A stretch of DNA of 63,963 bases, filler included, from a candidate division TA06 bacterium SM23_40 (GCA_001303705.1; 5 parts of 5 records of this genome joined end to end with filler, not necessarily neighbours in it); one strand, 5' to 3'; numbered from the whole stretch's first letter, positions 9,286-19,308 are shown. Numbers and translations are program-made. Notes: a model not told the origin generated them from the sequence alone.

Positions 9286-10899
9286 CTACGGCGCCACCAC
9301 CCAGAACGCGAAGCTGTCTTCATCGTACAGTGTTGAGGGCGGCACGCCGATCCGGGAGCGATACCCATACAGACCGAGGGGTGCCACACCAGGCACATTG
9401 TGCGTGAGGTGCTGCTGCCTCGTGGTATTCGCCGGCAGGGTGTACTGGTCCGGCCCCATGACGGTCCTGGGATTGCCGTTCGGCAGCGTCGCCTCGGTGA
9501 GCACCCAGAAGGTCTCCGGCTGCGCCCACCGATTGATCGCGGTGTAGGTTACTCCGAGGACTCCTCCGGGCGACACCTCGGTCTCATCAGGCGTCAGGTA
9601 CAGCGTCATGTAGTCGTCCTGGTCGAAGAAGTACGCACCCATGTCGCATCGCGTCCCGTCCGGGTCGAGCGAGTCAGGATGCCCTGCGTCGATGCACGGC
9701 GAACCCCACCGGAGCCGGTAGTCACTCTTCTCCCCCAGCACGAACATCGGATCCTCATCGATGTTCCCTTCACCCCAGTTCAACGTGCAGCCTGCAGCGA
9801 CGTACACGCCCAATGAACCACCTGCGACATCGGAGTAACTGACAGTGATCGAACTCCCGACGCCAAACGTGTTGTCCAAGTAGATCTCCAGGGCCGTGCC
9901 TGCACTATCTCCCCACAGGATAGAGTTGATGACCATCGGAGAGCAGAGGGAGTCACACCAGATGCCGCCACCCCGTTCGGCTACGTTCCCCGTCATAGTA
10001 TTGCCGGCGATGATCGGCGAGCAGTTCCCGGTAAAGCCCATGCCGCCTCCTTGCGTGCCTGCCGCATTCCCGGTTATCGTATTGCCAGCGATAGTTGGGG
10101 AAGACGAGTAGCCAACGCCGATTCCTCCGGCGAAACCATGGACTGTCCAATTTCCCGCGATCATGTTACCCACAATCGCGGGAGAAGCGCCCCAACCGCA
10201 ACCGATCCCGCCGGAGTTCACCTCCGCCGTATTTCCCACGATCGTGTTGCCCTCAATAGTTGGGGAAGACGAGGCACAACCAATGCCACCGGCGTCTAGT
10301 CCCGCCATATTCCCCGTGATTGTGTTCTCTACGATCATCGGAGAAGAGAACTCGATGGCCCCGATACCCCCAGCGAAGCCGGTGGTAGCCGCGTTCCCAG
10401 TGATCGTGTTCCTTTCGATCGTGGGAGAAGACTGGCTACAGAAGATCCCGGCGCTGCCATAGTAACCGTACGAAGTATTCTGCGCGATGATGTTGCCAAC
10501 GATGGTTGGTGAAGAGGACACGCCGCAATAGAACCCAGCGCCCCAGCCGACCCATCCGTTGGTGATCGTGAATCCTTGTACCACCGAGCTCAAGTCCTCG
10601 CCGCTGTGGAAGTAGAACCCGCGGTGGGGCTCGGATGCGGTCCCCTCGCAATCGATAGTGGTCTTCTCCGGTCCGTTCTCCGACATCACAACCATGTTCA
10701 CGCCGCCGAAATCGAGGTCGCAGTTCCCGTCGCCGGTGTAGGTGCCGTCGGCCACAAGAACCGTGTCACCCTCCGCGGCAGCGCCTATGCCCGCCTGGAT
10801 GGTTGCGTATTGGCTCGGCACATACAGGATCGTTCCGCATACGCTTGCGCTCAGCCCAAGACACAAGGCTGCGATTACTACACTCATCTGGTTCTTCAT
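9286..10899 (-). CDS. Secreted right-handed parallel beta-helix (NosD/pectin-lyase-like) protein with C-terminal Ig-like domain
   Basis: Signal peptide, VPSQYATIQAGI...GDTVLVADGTY, repeated SSPxIxxNxIxGN turns, DPMFV...SPCIDAG...DMGAY; SD AGGAGG. Confidence 0.9.
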   Translation of the reverse strand: MKNQMSVVIAALCLGLSASVCGTILYVPSQYATIQAGIGAAAEGDTVLVADGTYTGDGNCDLDFGGVNMVVMSENGPEKTTIDCEGTASEPHRGFYFHSGEDLSSVVQGFTITNGWVGWGAGFYCGVSSSPTIVGNIIAQNTSYGYYGSAGIFCSQSSPTIERNTITGNAATTGFAGGIGAIEFSSPMIVENTITGNMAGLDAGGIGCASSSPTIEGNTIVGNTAEVNSGGIGCGWGASPAIVGNMIAGNWTVHGFAGGIGVGYSSSPTIAGNTITGNAAGTQGGGMGFTGNCSPIIAGNTMTGNVAERGGGIWCDSLCSPMVINSILWGDSAGTALEIYLDNTFGVGSSITVSYSDVAGGSLGVYVAAGCTLNWGEGNIDEDPMFVLGEKSDYRLRWGSPCIDAGHPDSLDPDGTRCDMGAYFFDQDDYMTLYLTPDETEVSPGGVLGVTYTAINRWAQPETFWVLTEATLPNGNPRTVMGPDQYTLPANTTRQQHLTHNVPGVAPLGLYGYRSRIGVPPSTLYDEDSFAFWVVAP

Positions 10900-10994
10900 G
10901 ATGCCATCCTCCTGTCGCCAGAGTGCACTGTGACTACACGCGTCCTCTCCCCTTTTCCATGCTCAGTCACCACCTCCCTTCCGCTGCTCACCCT

Positions 10995-11073
10995 TATCGC
11001 CAAATGCATACGGCTACCTGCCCGAAGCTCCCGTCATTGAGCTCGAGGCATGTAGCCGTTTGCACTTGCGATA
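10995..11073. repeat. Imperfect inverted repeat with about 35-bp arms
   Basis: Left arm tatcgccaaatgcatacggctacctgcccgaagctc; reverse complement of right arm tatcgcaagtgcaaacggctacatgcctcgagctc; 8-nt loop. Confidence 0.85.
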
Positions 11074-11269
11074 TTCTTTGTGTTACAACCCGACCCTCAG
11101 CCCCGCTCTCCGCAGGCCCCCCTTCCTCCCAACAACCGCCACCCCATCCTCCACCTCTCATCGCCCCCTCTCGCGTTCGGTACGAGGCTCCGCCTGCAAC
11201 CTGAGTCGGTGCATCGATGGCCCGCCGCCGGGTTCGCGCCGGGTCAAGGCCCACCTGGCCTTGATGCGA

Positions 11270-11298
11270 ACTATATCAGGCCGACTGGATCGCGTCAA
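11270..11298 (-). promoter_or_regulatory. sigma70-type promoter
   Basis: TTGACG-17 nt-TATAGT preceded by a T tract. Confidence 0.6.
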
Positions 11299-11582
11299 GA
11301 AAAAAGACCGTCCCATACCCTTCGGCCAGGCCACAGATTCGCTATGTTTGTCAAGGAAGCCGCCCCCCGGATTTGTGCCACCCTCGTGCCCTCCTCCTTC
11401 CATACGACATAACTCACGCCGACCATTCCAACACAAACTTCCGCCTTCAGGGATTACGGACAAGGCGGAAGTTATTGCTGTGGTGTATAATAACCGCCTA
11501 TGCTCAGACTTGACTTGAAGTCGTCTCCTGACACTCCCGGCAGCCGTGCGAGCCTCCTCACTGGCCGCGCCGCCCCGCATGC

Positions 11583-12482
11583 TCAGAACGCGGTCAGCTC
11601 TCCGAATTCGCGGTACCGCCGCTCGATTGCCTTCTCATCGATGTGCGCGAGTCGGCGGAGGCCGAACTCCTCCACGCAGAACGAGGCGAGGACGCTCCCG
11701 TACACGACCGCCCGCCGGACGGCCGGCTCGCTCAGATCGTCGGTCCTGGCCAGATATCCCATGAACCCCCCGGCAAAGCTGTCCCCTGCCCCTGTGGGAT
11801 CGAAGACGAACTCAAGAGGATAGGCGGGAGCGAAAAAGCGGGATCCGCCGGCGTCGCAGAGACACCCGTGCTCTCCCTTCTTCACGACAACCATCTTCGC
11901 CCCCATGGCGCGCAGCTCACTCGTCGCCATGATCAGGTTCGGCTCCCCGGTCAGCTGGCGGACCTCACCGTCATTCACCATGACCGCATCCACCCGGGAA
12001 ATAACCTCCAAGAGGAGCTCGCGTTCAGTCTCGATCCACAGGTTCATCGTGTCGCAGGCGACGAACTTCGGTGACACCATCTGATCGAGTACCGCGAGCT
12101 GCACTTCGGGGTGGATGTTGCCGAGGAAGAGGTACCCCTCTCCCCTTGCTTGCTCGGGCACCACGGGATCGAAGTCCTCGAAGACGTTCAAGCACGTGGA
12201 GAGCGTTTCGCGCTCGTTGAGGTCGTATCCGTACCGGCCGGACCACCGGAATGTCCGGCCCTCTCTCCGCTCCAGACCGGAGAGATCGATGTTGTGATCG
12301 GCAAGCAGCGCAACGTGCTCGTCGGAGAAGTCCTCTCCCACGACGCCGACGAGCGTCGGCGAGGTGAAGTGACTCGCGGCCACCGAACAGTATGTTGCTG
12401 ATCCGCCGAGCGCGTCCGTGCACTTTCCGAACGGCGTCTCAACTGTATCGAGCGCCACCGATCCGACAACAACAAGGCCCAT
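11583..12482 (-). CDS. PfkB/ribokinase family sugar or nucleoside kinase
   Basis: VVGSVALD, LGGSATY, VNDGE, VVKKGEHG, DPTGAGDSFAGG. Confidence 0.93.
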   Translation of the reverse strand: MGLVVVGSVALDTVETPFGKCTDALGGSATYCSVAASHFTSPTLVGVVGEDFSDEHVALLADHNIDLSGLERREGRTFRWSGRYGYDLNERETLSTCLNVFEDFDPVVPEQARGEGYLFLGNIHPEVQLAVLDQMVSPKFVACDTMNLWIETERELLLEVISRVDAVMVNDGEVRQLTGEPNLIMATSELRAMGAKMVVVKKGEHGCLCDAGGSRFFAPAYPLEFVFDPTGAGDSFAGGFMGYLARTDDLSEPAVRRAVVYGSVLASFCVEEFGLRRLAHIDEKAIERRYREFGELTAF

Positions 12483-12581
12483 GCTGCTGTTCCTGAATGT
12501 CGACGTGCTGCCCTGCTCGATGATCTCACGTGCAGACGGTTGCGAGCAACGTCTCCAGGCGGGCTGTCCTCGTCCGCGGCC

Positions 12582-12838
12582 CAGCGTGCCCTTCCTGACG
12601 CTCGCCCGGGCCCGCACCACGCCCTTCATCACCCTCGCCGCCAACCCACCATGGCCATTTTCACGCTCCCCGTGCCCTCACCGCGCCCTTCATCACCTTC
12701 CCCGCCAGCCCACCGTGCCCTTTCTCACGCCCGCCGGGCCCTCACCGCACCTTTCATCGCACTCGCCCGGGCCCTTCATCACCTTCGCCGCCAGCCGACC
12801 ATGATTCCCATCGCACTCGGCCGCGCGCCTCACCAGCC
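12582..12838. repeat. Degenerate about 32-bp tandem repeat, about 8 units, alternating A/B types
   Basis: caccacgcccttcatcaccctcgccgccaacc / caccatggccattttcacgctccccgtgccct / caccgcgcccttcatcaccttccccgccagcc / caccgtgccctttctcacgcccgccgggccct. Confidence 0.8.
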
Positions 12839-12871
12839 TCACCCGTGCCGTCACTGCGTCCCAGATCGCGC

Positions 12872-13081
12872 TCACATAGCTCTGACAAAGGACTTCCCGG
12901 CGATCTGCCGCACCATCCCTCTCATCTCGAGCGCGAGCAGGTAGGTGAGCGCCTCCGACACGCTCACGCTCGTCTCCCTCACGATCGAGTCGATGTGCTT
13001 TGGCGTCGAGGAGAGTTGCTCCAGCAGCCTCATCTCCACCTCTGTGAGAACGGGCTCGCTCCCCGTGCCGCCGGGCCCGCT
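12872..13081 (-). CDS. dprA: DNA-protecting protein DprA, C-terminal winged-helix part (5' lost in gap)
   Basis: Hand translation LTEVEMRLLEQLSSTPKHIDSIVRETSVSVSEALTYLLALEMRGMVRQIAGKSFVRAM*. Confidence 0.82.
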   Translation of the reverse strand, partial: SGPGGTGSEPVLTEVEMRLLEQLSSTPKHIDSIVRETSVSVSEALTYLLALEMRGMVRQIAGKSFVRAM

Positions 13082-13181
13082 NNNNNNNNNNNNNNNNNNN
13101 NNNNNNNNNNNNNNNNNNNNNNNNNTTAATTAATTAANNNNNNNNNNNNNNNNNNNNNNNNNNNNNNNNNNNNNNNNNNNN
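13082..13181. other. Artificial contig linker
   Basis: N run with central TTAATTAATTAA. Confidence 0.98.
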
Positions 13182-13227
13182 CTCAGGCGACGAGATGCTC
13201 GCAGTCCATCCTGACGGCAGCAAACCG

Positions 13228-15663
13228 TCACTTCGTGTCCCCCGACCATGCCCGAGAAATGTCGCGGTACGGGGAGGATCCTTCGTCTACCATACCGTCA
13301 ACGACAAGATGCTGGCCATCGATCCCGGCTCTGATCGCCCCTACGAGATCAGTCCTCAACACAGCACTTCCCGTTCGCCTGTACCGTTCCACCACTCTTG
13401 GATCAGGGAGTCCGAACCGGTTTCTCGCCCCCACACTGATCACCGCAACCTCGGCACCGATGCCGGACGCGAACTCCTCCGAGTTTGCATCCTCTCCCCC
13501 GTGGTGGGGAACCTTGAGCAGAATACTACGCCCATCTCTCTCCACCACATCCAGGATGCCCTCCGTCCTCTCGAGGTCGCCCGTGAGGAGGATGGTCCAC
13601 TCCCCCCAGTCAATCGCCAGCACAACCGACCAGTCATTTCTATTTGCAGGCGGGGCGACGCCATCGGTCCCCCACCCGCGCGGCGGATGGAGCACACGTA
13701 CTGCAGCTCCGATCCCCTCGATCCGATCCCCTGCCCTGATCCGGTAGTAGGGAATACCACGGCGGCGGATCTTCTCGACGAACCGCCGATATGTGGGAGA
13801 GTTACCGGGAAGCCCGGAATCGAGGACGACCTCGACATCGAACTCTTCAACCAGATAGACGAGACCCCCCAGATGATCCGCATCGGGATGGGTGGCCACG
13901 AGGACGTCGATCGATCGATGCCCCTGGCTCCACAGATACGGGGCGACGATCGCCTCTCCCGCGCTCCAATCCCGGAATGCAGGCCCTCCGTCCACGACCA
14001 TCACCCTCCCGCCCGGGCCGGTAATTACCATCGCGTCTCCCTGCCCGACATCGAGGAATATGGCCCGGAGGTCGGTGCGGCACGGGGCGAAGACGCCGTG
14101 CCAGACCCACACCTGTGCCAGAATGAGGAGCCAGATAAGGGCCACTCTGCGTACGCACCTTCCGTCCGTTGCCCGACACAGGATCACGAGGGTAAGGTAG
14201 TACATGAGAATCGAGAAGGCGTGCGGGGCCGGGAGGCGAAGCGACGCACACTCCACCCGGGAGACGAACCTGACCGCCGCGAGGAGCAGGGTGAGGACTG
14301 CCCATTCGGCCGCGGCGAACACCTGGCCGAGCACAGAGGAGATGAGGCCAGAAGTGACGGTAGCCAGGGAGAGGGCGATGGCCAGGCCGACGAGGGGAAT
14401 GACGACGAGATTTGCCAGGGGAGCGAGGAGAGGAAGACGGAAGAAGTGATAGGCGACGAGAGGAGCGGTACCCAGCTGGGCCGCGACCGAGACACCGAGG
14501 GCCTGGCAGATGCGGGCGGCAGGTGAAGACCCACTGCGTACCGCAGCGGGGAGGAGGGCAAGGAGTCGCGGAAAGACGAACAGGATAGAGAACGTGGCGA
14601 GGAAGGAGAGCTGGAATCCAAGATCGTGCAGGGCGCGCGGAGCGGCGACGAGGATGGCGAGGGCGATCGCGGCGAGAAGGTTGATCCGATCGAACCGCCG
14701 GTCGAGAGTGAGGGCAATGCTCCCCATCCCGAACAGAGCGACAGCCCGGATCACCGACGGACGGAGTCCTGTCAACGGAGCATATGCCACCAGGAGGACC
14801 GCGGTGAGGAGCGAGGCAGCGGTGCGGGGGAGTCCCACCCCGCGCAGGAAGAGCGTAGCAATGAGTGCCAGAATGCCGACGTGGAGTCCGCTCACCGCCA
14901 GCACATGGATCATTCCTGACGTTCTGAACCATGACTCTACGTAACCGGGCAGGCCTTCACGGTCGCCGAGAAGGAGTGCTCCGATCACGGCCCTGGGGTC
15001 GCCGCGCAACCACCGGTCGAGGGTACAGGAGACATAGCGTCGCACCGGGCAGACGATGCAGCGCAGAACCGGATTCCCCCCTCCCCGGCAGATCACCGCA
15101 ATGCCATCAGGATCTGCGATTCGCATGACCCCGTACACGCCGCGCTGCGCAAGATATCGCCGGCGGTCGAAACCACCGGGATTCCTCGCCGGGGATGGAA
15201 CCTCGAGCACTCCCCTCATCTCGACCAGATCGCCGTACGAGACGCCGAGGAGATGGTGCGCCCCGACCACCTGAACCAGGCCATCGACATGCACACATGC
15301 CGACCCCACCCCGAGCCGGAAAGCCCTGACGAGGACGGTCGTCCTCCACGGCTCCCTCACCGGATCGCGGATGACTGTGCCGGCAAGCCTCACCTGAAAG
15401 GGAAGCCCGGCAAACCGGGATAGATGTGCGGAAGAGAAGTAGTCCGTCGCGAGTTCGTATCGAACGAGACCGGCGAGCACGAGGGCGGCGAGAAGAATCG
15501 GGGTGCGGATTTCTCGACCCCGCTCGATCAGCACGAGACCCACCCAGAGAGCGAGACCGCACGACACCGCCCAGAGGAGAAAGAGAGGTGGTACGCTGAG
15601 GAACTGCCCGATAACGATCCCGCCGCCGTATGCCGCCAGAGTCAAAAGAGCCGGCTGCCCCAT
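13228..15663 (-). CDS. comEC: DNA internalization competence protein ComEC/Rec2
   Basis: OB domain (RNPGGFD), HVLAVSGLHVG, PSVIRA, GFQLSF, metallo-beta-lactamase FLDVGQGDA, THPDADHLGG, LKVPHHG. Confidence 0.95.
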   Translation of the reverse strand: MGQPALLTLAAYGGGIVIGQFLSVPPLFLLWAVSCGLALWVGLVLIERGREIRTPILLAALVLAGLVRYELATDYFSSAHLSRFAGLPFQVRLAGTVIRDPVREPWRTTVLVRAFRLGVGSACVHVDGLVQVVGAHHLLGVSYGDLVEMRGVLEVPSPARNPGGFDRRRYLAQRGVYGVMRIADPDGIAVICRGGGNPVLRCIVCPVRRYVSCTLDRWLRGDPRAVIGALLLGDREGLPGYVESWFRTSGMIHVLAVSGLHVGILALIATLFLRGVGLPRTAASLLTAVLLVAYAPLTGLRPSVIRAVALFGMGSIALTLDRRFDRINLLAAIALAILVAAPRALHDLGFQLSFLATFSILFVFPRLLALLPAAVRSGSSPAARICQALGVSVAAQLGTAPLVAYHFFRLPLLAPLANLVVIPLVGLAIALSLATVTSGLISSVLGQVFAAAEWAVLTLLLAAVRFVSRVECASLRLPAPHAFSILMYYLTLVILCRATDGRCVRRVALIWLLILAQVWVWHGVFAPCRTDLRAIFLDVGQGDAMVITGPGGRVMVVDGGPAFRDWSAGEAIVAPYLWSQGHRSIDVLVATHPDADHLGGLVYLVEEFDVEVVLDSGLPGNSPTYRRFVEKIRRRGIPYYRIRAGDRIEGIGAAVRVLHPPRGWGTDGVAPPANRNDWSVVLAIDWGEWTILLTGDLERTEGILDVVERDGRSILLKVPHHGGEDANSEEFASGIGAEVAVISVGARNRFGLPDPRVVERYRRTGSAVLRTDLVGAIRAGIDGQHLVVDGMVDEGSSPYRDISRAWSGDTK

Positions 15664-15792
15664 CTCTCATCCCGTATCCACAGGCCCCCATACCCACTCC
15701 CGGTCGGTATCGGATGCGCACCACGATCTCCACACCGCGATCATGGGACCCTCCCATGCACCCCACTCGCCGCTTTCCCGGCTCCGGACGGG

Positions 15793-15832
15793 AAAGAGAA
15801 AAGCCCCCGTTCCGCCGCCGGCGAACGGGAGC
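15793..15832 (-). terminator. Intrinsic terminator inside the comEC leader
   Basis: GCTCCCGTTC-N10-GAACGGGGGC followed by TTTTCTCTTT. Confidence 0.7.
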
Positions 15833-15900
15833 CCTGTTCGATTCAGCTCGAGAGGCCTCTCGGGCCCCACAGCTGCTGCTCATGCTCTCTGTGCTACTCT

Positions 15901-15929
15901 ATTGTATGGAGGAGCCTTGTCACCGTCAA
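15901..15929 (-). promoter_or_regulatory. sigma70-type promoter upstream of comEC
   Basis: TTGACG-17 nt-TACAAT. Confidence 0.7.
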
Positions 15930-16029
15930 TGAAAAAGTACCTCCTGCGTCGTGGCAGGAGGCTCTATGTCCCGGCATGAAGGTCTGTCTTCGTCTCCGGG
16001 GGCCGGCTCAGCGCATCGCCACTTACGGC

Positions 16030-16434
16030 TCAGGCAGAGCCACCGTCGCCCTTACTGCTCCGTCTCTTCCGCCCTCGAGCTGCCGCCGTACCCTGCTCCC
16101 CTGTCCGCCGCTCTCTCAGCATCTCCCGGAGTTCTCTCACCTCATCAGGCCAGAGCGACCACCCGTACAGCCGCTGCATAATCCATTGCCAGGGCTTCTT
16201 TCCCAGTTCTCTCGGAGCCTTCTCTATCGCCTCGATGACCTCATCGGCGGACCGGCGCGATCCATCTGCCTTCTTAGAGAGACGAGCTATCTGAACCGTT
16301 GTCAGTTCCTTTCCGTACTTCGCCTCGTAGGCATCAGCGATCCGATCGTAGTCGGATGCCTGCTGCTTCCTCCGCGCCTTCTGCCCCACACCTGACTGCG
16401 GCCGAGATGAAGCCGGTGTTGCCTGCGAGCGCAT
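16030..16434 (-). CDS. Hypothetical basic helical protein
   Basis: 134-aa ORF with SD GGGAGG and an upstream promoter; no recognised family. Confidence 0.55.
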   Translation of the reverse strand: MRSQATPASSRPQSGVGQKARRKQQASDYDRIADAYEAKYGKELTTVQIARLSKKADGSRRSADEVIEAIEKAPRELGKKPWQWIMQRLYGWSLWPDEVRELREMLRERRTGEQGTAAARGRKRRSSKGDGGSA

Positions 16435-16580
16435 GACCGTCCGTCCTCCCTGATGCCAGAAATGCTACCTCGTGCTGCCGAGCATGGACCGTCAGGTCCC
16501 TCTCTCCTGCTTCTATCTTGTATCCTGTTTCCTGCTGACATACTCCATCGGGCCCATCGGATCGCGGGCAGCAGCCATTC

Positions 16581-16654
16581 CGATGGCCATCGCAGAATCG
16601 ACAACGGCGGCCCGTCTGATGGCCATCGTAGAACACGAGGCGTGAACATGTCAA
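16581..16654 (-). promoter_or_regulatory. sigma70 promoter with two palindromic operator-like boxes
   Basis: TTGACA-18 nt-TACGAT; GATGGCCATCG(C/T)AGAA at 16582 and 16618, the latter overlapping the -10. Confidence 0.55.
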
Positions 16655-16681
16655 GCGAAAGTCGTCGCCATGTCTGCTACG

Positions 16682-17050
16682 CTACTCCGCCGAGGGATCT
16701 TCCTCCATCAGCCCGAAGACATTTCCCTCGGTGTCGGTGCAGTAGGCCATCCACCCCACTCCGGGCACCGAACGCTTCCCCATGATAACCTCCCCGCCCA
16801 TCTCCTTGATCTTTGCCGTGTATTCGTCGACAGAGGGGACATCGACCGTATTGTACGTGCCGGCATGCGGGTCCATCCGCCTCATGATCCCGCCGTCGAT
16901 CCCCGGCTGGCCCTGCTCCCCCGTCGTCACCAGCCAGTAGTCTGCCGGACCCTCCCACTTCTTGATCTGCCAGCCGAACACCTTCTCATAGAACGCGGCA
17001 GCTCTGGCGGGATCGTCCGCGTTGATCTCAAAGTGAACCACTCTCGGCAT
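16682..17050 (-). CDS. VOC/glyoxalase family protein
   Basis: MPRVVHFEINADDPARAAAFYEKVFGW...GIDGGI...DTEGNVFGLME; SD AAGGAGG. Confidence 0.92.
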   Translation of the reverse strand: MPRVVHFEINADDPARAAAFYEKVFGWQIKKWEGPADYWLVTTGEQGQPGIDGGIMRRMDPHAGTYNTVDVPSVDEYTAKIKEMGGEVIMGKRSVPGVGWMAYCTDTEGNVFGLMEEDPSAE

Positions 17051-17272
17051 ATCGACCTCCTTTGCGCCGGAACAAGCTACGCCCACCGCCGCCACGCACC
17101 ACCGCCGGAGGGCAGCTCCACCCCGTCTCACTGCTGTGACGCGTCCCCCAATCGCCTATCCCGCCGGACGACATGCAGGACCCGATTCGATGCCGCGGGA
17201 CCCTTACATAGTGTGATCACCATGCGGCGTCAACTCGAACTGCCGCTGCGTTCCTGTATTGACCGCAGGCTG

Positions 17273-17521
17273 TCACTCCCTGTGTCGCCCGCCAGATCTG
17301 GCACCGGCCAGGCCCGCCAGCACCGCGACGAAGATGGCGACCTTCAGTGCGGTGAACCAGGATATCGACTCCGCGACGAGGCCCTGCTCGACCGCTCCGG
17401 GGAAGAGATCCGGGATCGTCCAAGCCCAGAGCACCTTCACCAGGAACAGGGCGACAATGAAAACGATGACGATGAGCGCGAGGATGCCGGGCACGACTGC
17501 CAGCCAACATGAACTCCTCAT
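17273..17521 (-). CDS. Small two-helix membrane protein
   Basis: Hydrophobic 82-aa ORF (WAWTIPDLFPGAVEQGLVA) with SD GGAGGAGG. Confidence 0.75.
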   Translation of the reverse strand: MRSSCWLAVVPGILALIVIVFIVALFLVKVLWAWTIPDLFPGAVEQGLVAESISWFTALKVAIFVAVLAGLAGARSGGRHRE

Positions 17522-17667
17522 GAGCGAGACCTCCTCCCCATGGCGTTCCCTCCGCAGACGGTCGCAGGGCTGCGCCACACCCCTCGATGACGCGGCGATG
17601 GCGCTGGCCCTGCGAAACGGATATCGAGTATGTTTGAGGATTACTACGATGTAGGGCGGGGAGTCTC

Positions 17668-19296
17668 TCAGGATCCGATCGTGATGAGATGGCTCTTGAG
17701 CTCGTCCGGCCGGTAGTCCGGGAGCAGCATCGGCGCGCGACGGGTGGTCTCGACCCCGTTCTTCTCGAGCTCCTCGTGGTAGCGGCGCACGTGGTCGAGC
17801 CCGAGTTCCCCTGGAACCGTCTCCTTTGCCCTGAGCGCTGCTGCTGCTCCTGCACGCCGCCCGAAGACGACGATGTCGAGCAGGGAGTTGCCCATCAGCC
17901 GGTTCCGCCCGTGGACCCCGCCCGCCACCTCGCCCGCCACGTACAGCCCCTCGATCTGAGAGGCGCCCTGATCGTCGATCACAATTCCGCCATTCTGGTA
18001 GTGCTGGGTCGGGTAGACCAGGATCGGATCCGCGGTCATGTCGATTTCGAACCGTTCATACTGTCGGTACATCGCCGGGAGCAGCCGCTGAATGGTCCCG
18101 CTCCCGTGAATCTCCTCGATGAGAGGGGAGTCGAGCCACACACCTCGCATGCCGCTCGGCGTGACGACCCCGAGGTTTCGCTCCGTGCACTCCCTGATGA
18201 TCGCAGCGGATTCGGCATCCCTCGTCTCGAGTTCATACACGAACCGATTCCCCTCGCCATTCACAAGCTGCGCCCCAAGACCCCGCACCTTCTCGGTGAC
18301 GAGCTGTCCCACGATCTGCTCCGGGTAGGCCGCCCCGGTGGGATGATACTGGATGGTGTCCATGAAGGCAAGCTCACACCCTGCCCGATATGCGAGCACC
18401 AGGCCATCGGCAGTCGCGCCATAGTGATTGGTGGTGGGGAATCCCTGCACGTGAAGCCGCCCCGCTCCCCCCGTCGCAATGACCGTCGCCTTGGCCCGGA
18501 CGATCGAATACTCCTGCGTCTCCATGTTGTAGAGGATCGCGCCGGTGCATCGCCCCTTGCCGTCGGTGAGCAGTTCTACGACCGGTGAGAACTCGATCAC
18601 CTCGATATCCTGGTTGAGCACCTCGTCCCGGATCACCTTCATGATGTCGCCGCCGGAGTAATCGCGCGCAGAATGCATGCGCTTGCGCGACGTTCCCCCT
18701 CCGTGGATCGTCACCATCGTCCCGTCCGGCTCCTTGTCGAACATGACGCCCATCTCCTCGAGCCAACCGATGACCTTGGGCGCGTCTATCACCAGCGCGC
18801 GAACGAGGGCGGGATCGTTGTGGAACCCGCCTCCACCGATGACATCGAGGTAGTGGATCGACGGCGAATCGTGACTCTTGTCGGCAGCCTGTATCCCACC
18901 CTGGGCCATCATCGTGTTGGCATCGCCGAACCGGAGCTTGGTCGCCAGCAGCACACTCGCCCCGCTCTCCCGGGCAAGGAGCGCGGCCGCGCCGCCAGCG
19001 CCGCCGCCGCCGACAACGAGCACATCGACATCGTGATCGATCCGTGAGAGGTCGAAGTCCTCGGGATCTACCAGACTTCTTGCCTCGATGAGATCGGCGA
19101 TCTCATGGGGAGCACGATCGCCCCTGCTCGGCCCCACGCGAAGCTCCCGCTGCTGCTCTCCCTTGTAGTCGGGGTGATGGTCCCTGAGTAGCTGAGCCTT
19201 CTCGTCAGGACTCATGAGACCCAGTTCCTGCGTCTTCCTGAATGCGCGTGTGCCTTCAAGTATCTTGATCGATTGCCGCATGGCTTCGGTGTACAC
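17668..19296 (-). CDS. Fumarate reductase/succinate dehydrogenase-type flavoprotein (TfrA-like, no covalent-FAD His)
   Basis: GGGGAG, ANTMMAQGG, QYHPTG, VTEKVRG, ETRD, HYQNGG, VHGRNRLMGNSL. Confidence 0.88.
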   Translation of the reverse strand: MYTEAMRQSIKILEGTRAFRKTQELGLMSPDEKAQLLRDHHPDYKGEQQRELRVGPSRGDRAPHEIADLIEARSLVDPEDFDLSRIDHDVDVLVVGGGGAGGAAALLARESGASVLLATKLRFGDANTMMAQGGIQAADKSHDSPSIHYLDVIGGGGFHNDPALVRALVIDAPKVIGWLEEMGVMFDKEPDGTMVTIHGGGTSRKRMHSARDYSGGDIMKVIRDEVLNQDIEVIEFSPVVELLTDGKGRCTGAILYNMETQEYSIVRAKATVIATGGAGRLHVQGFPTTNHYGATADGLVLAYRAGCELAFMDTIQYHPTGAAYPEQIVGQLVTEKVRGLGAQLVNGEGNRFVYELETRDAESAAIIRECTERNLGVVTPSGMRGVWLDSPLIEEIHGSGTIQRLLPAMYRQYERFEIDMTADPILVYPTQHYQNGGIVIDDQGASQIEGLYVAGEVAGGVHGRNRLMGNSLLDIVVFGRRAGAAAALRAKETVPGELGLDHVRRYHEELEKNGVETTRRAPMLLPDYRPDELKSHLITIGS

Positions 19297-19308
19297 CGCT
19301 CATTCCCC

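Noticed and set aside
12872-15663. Apparent competence cluster comEC-dprA
   Set aside because: The genes are on different contigs joined by an artificial linker, and contigs appear sorted by length.
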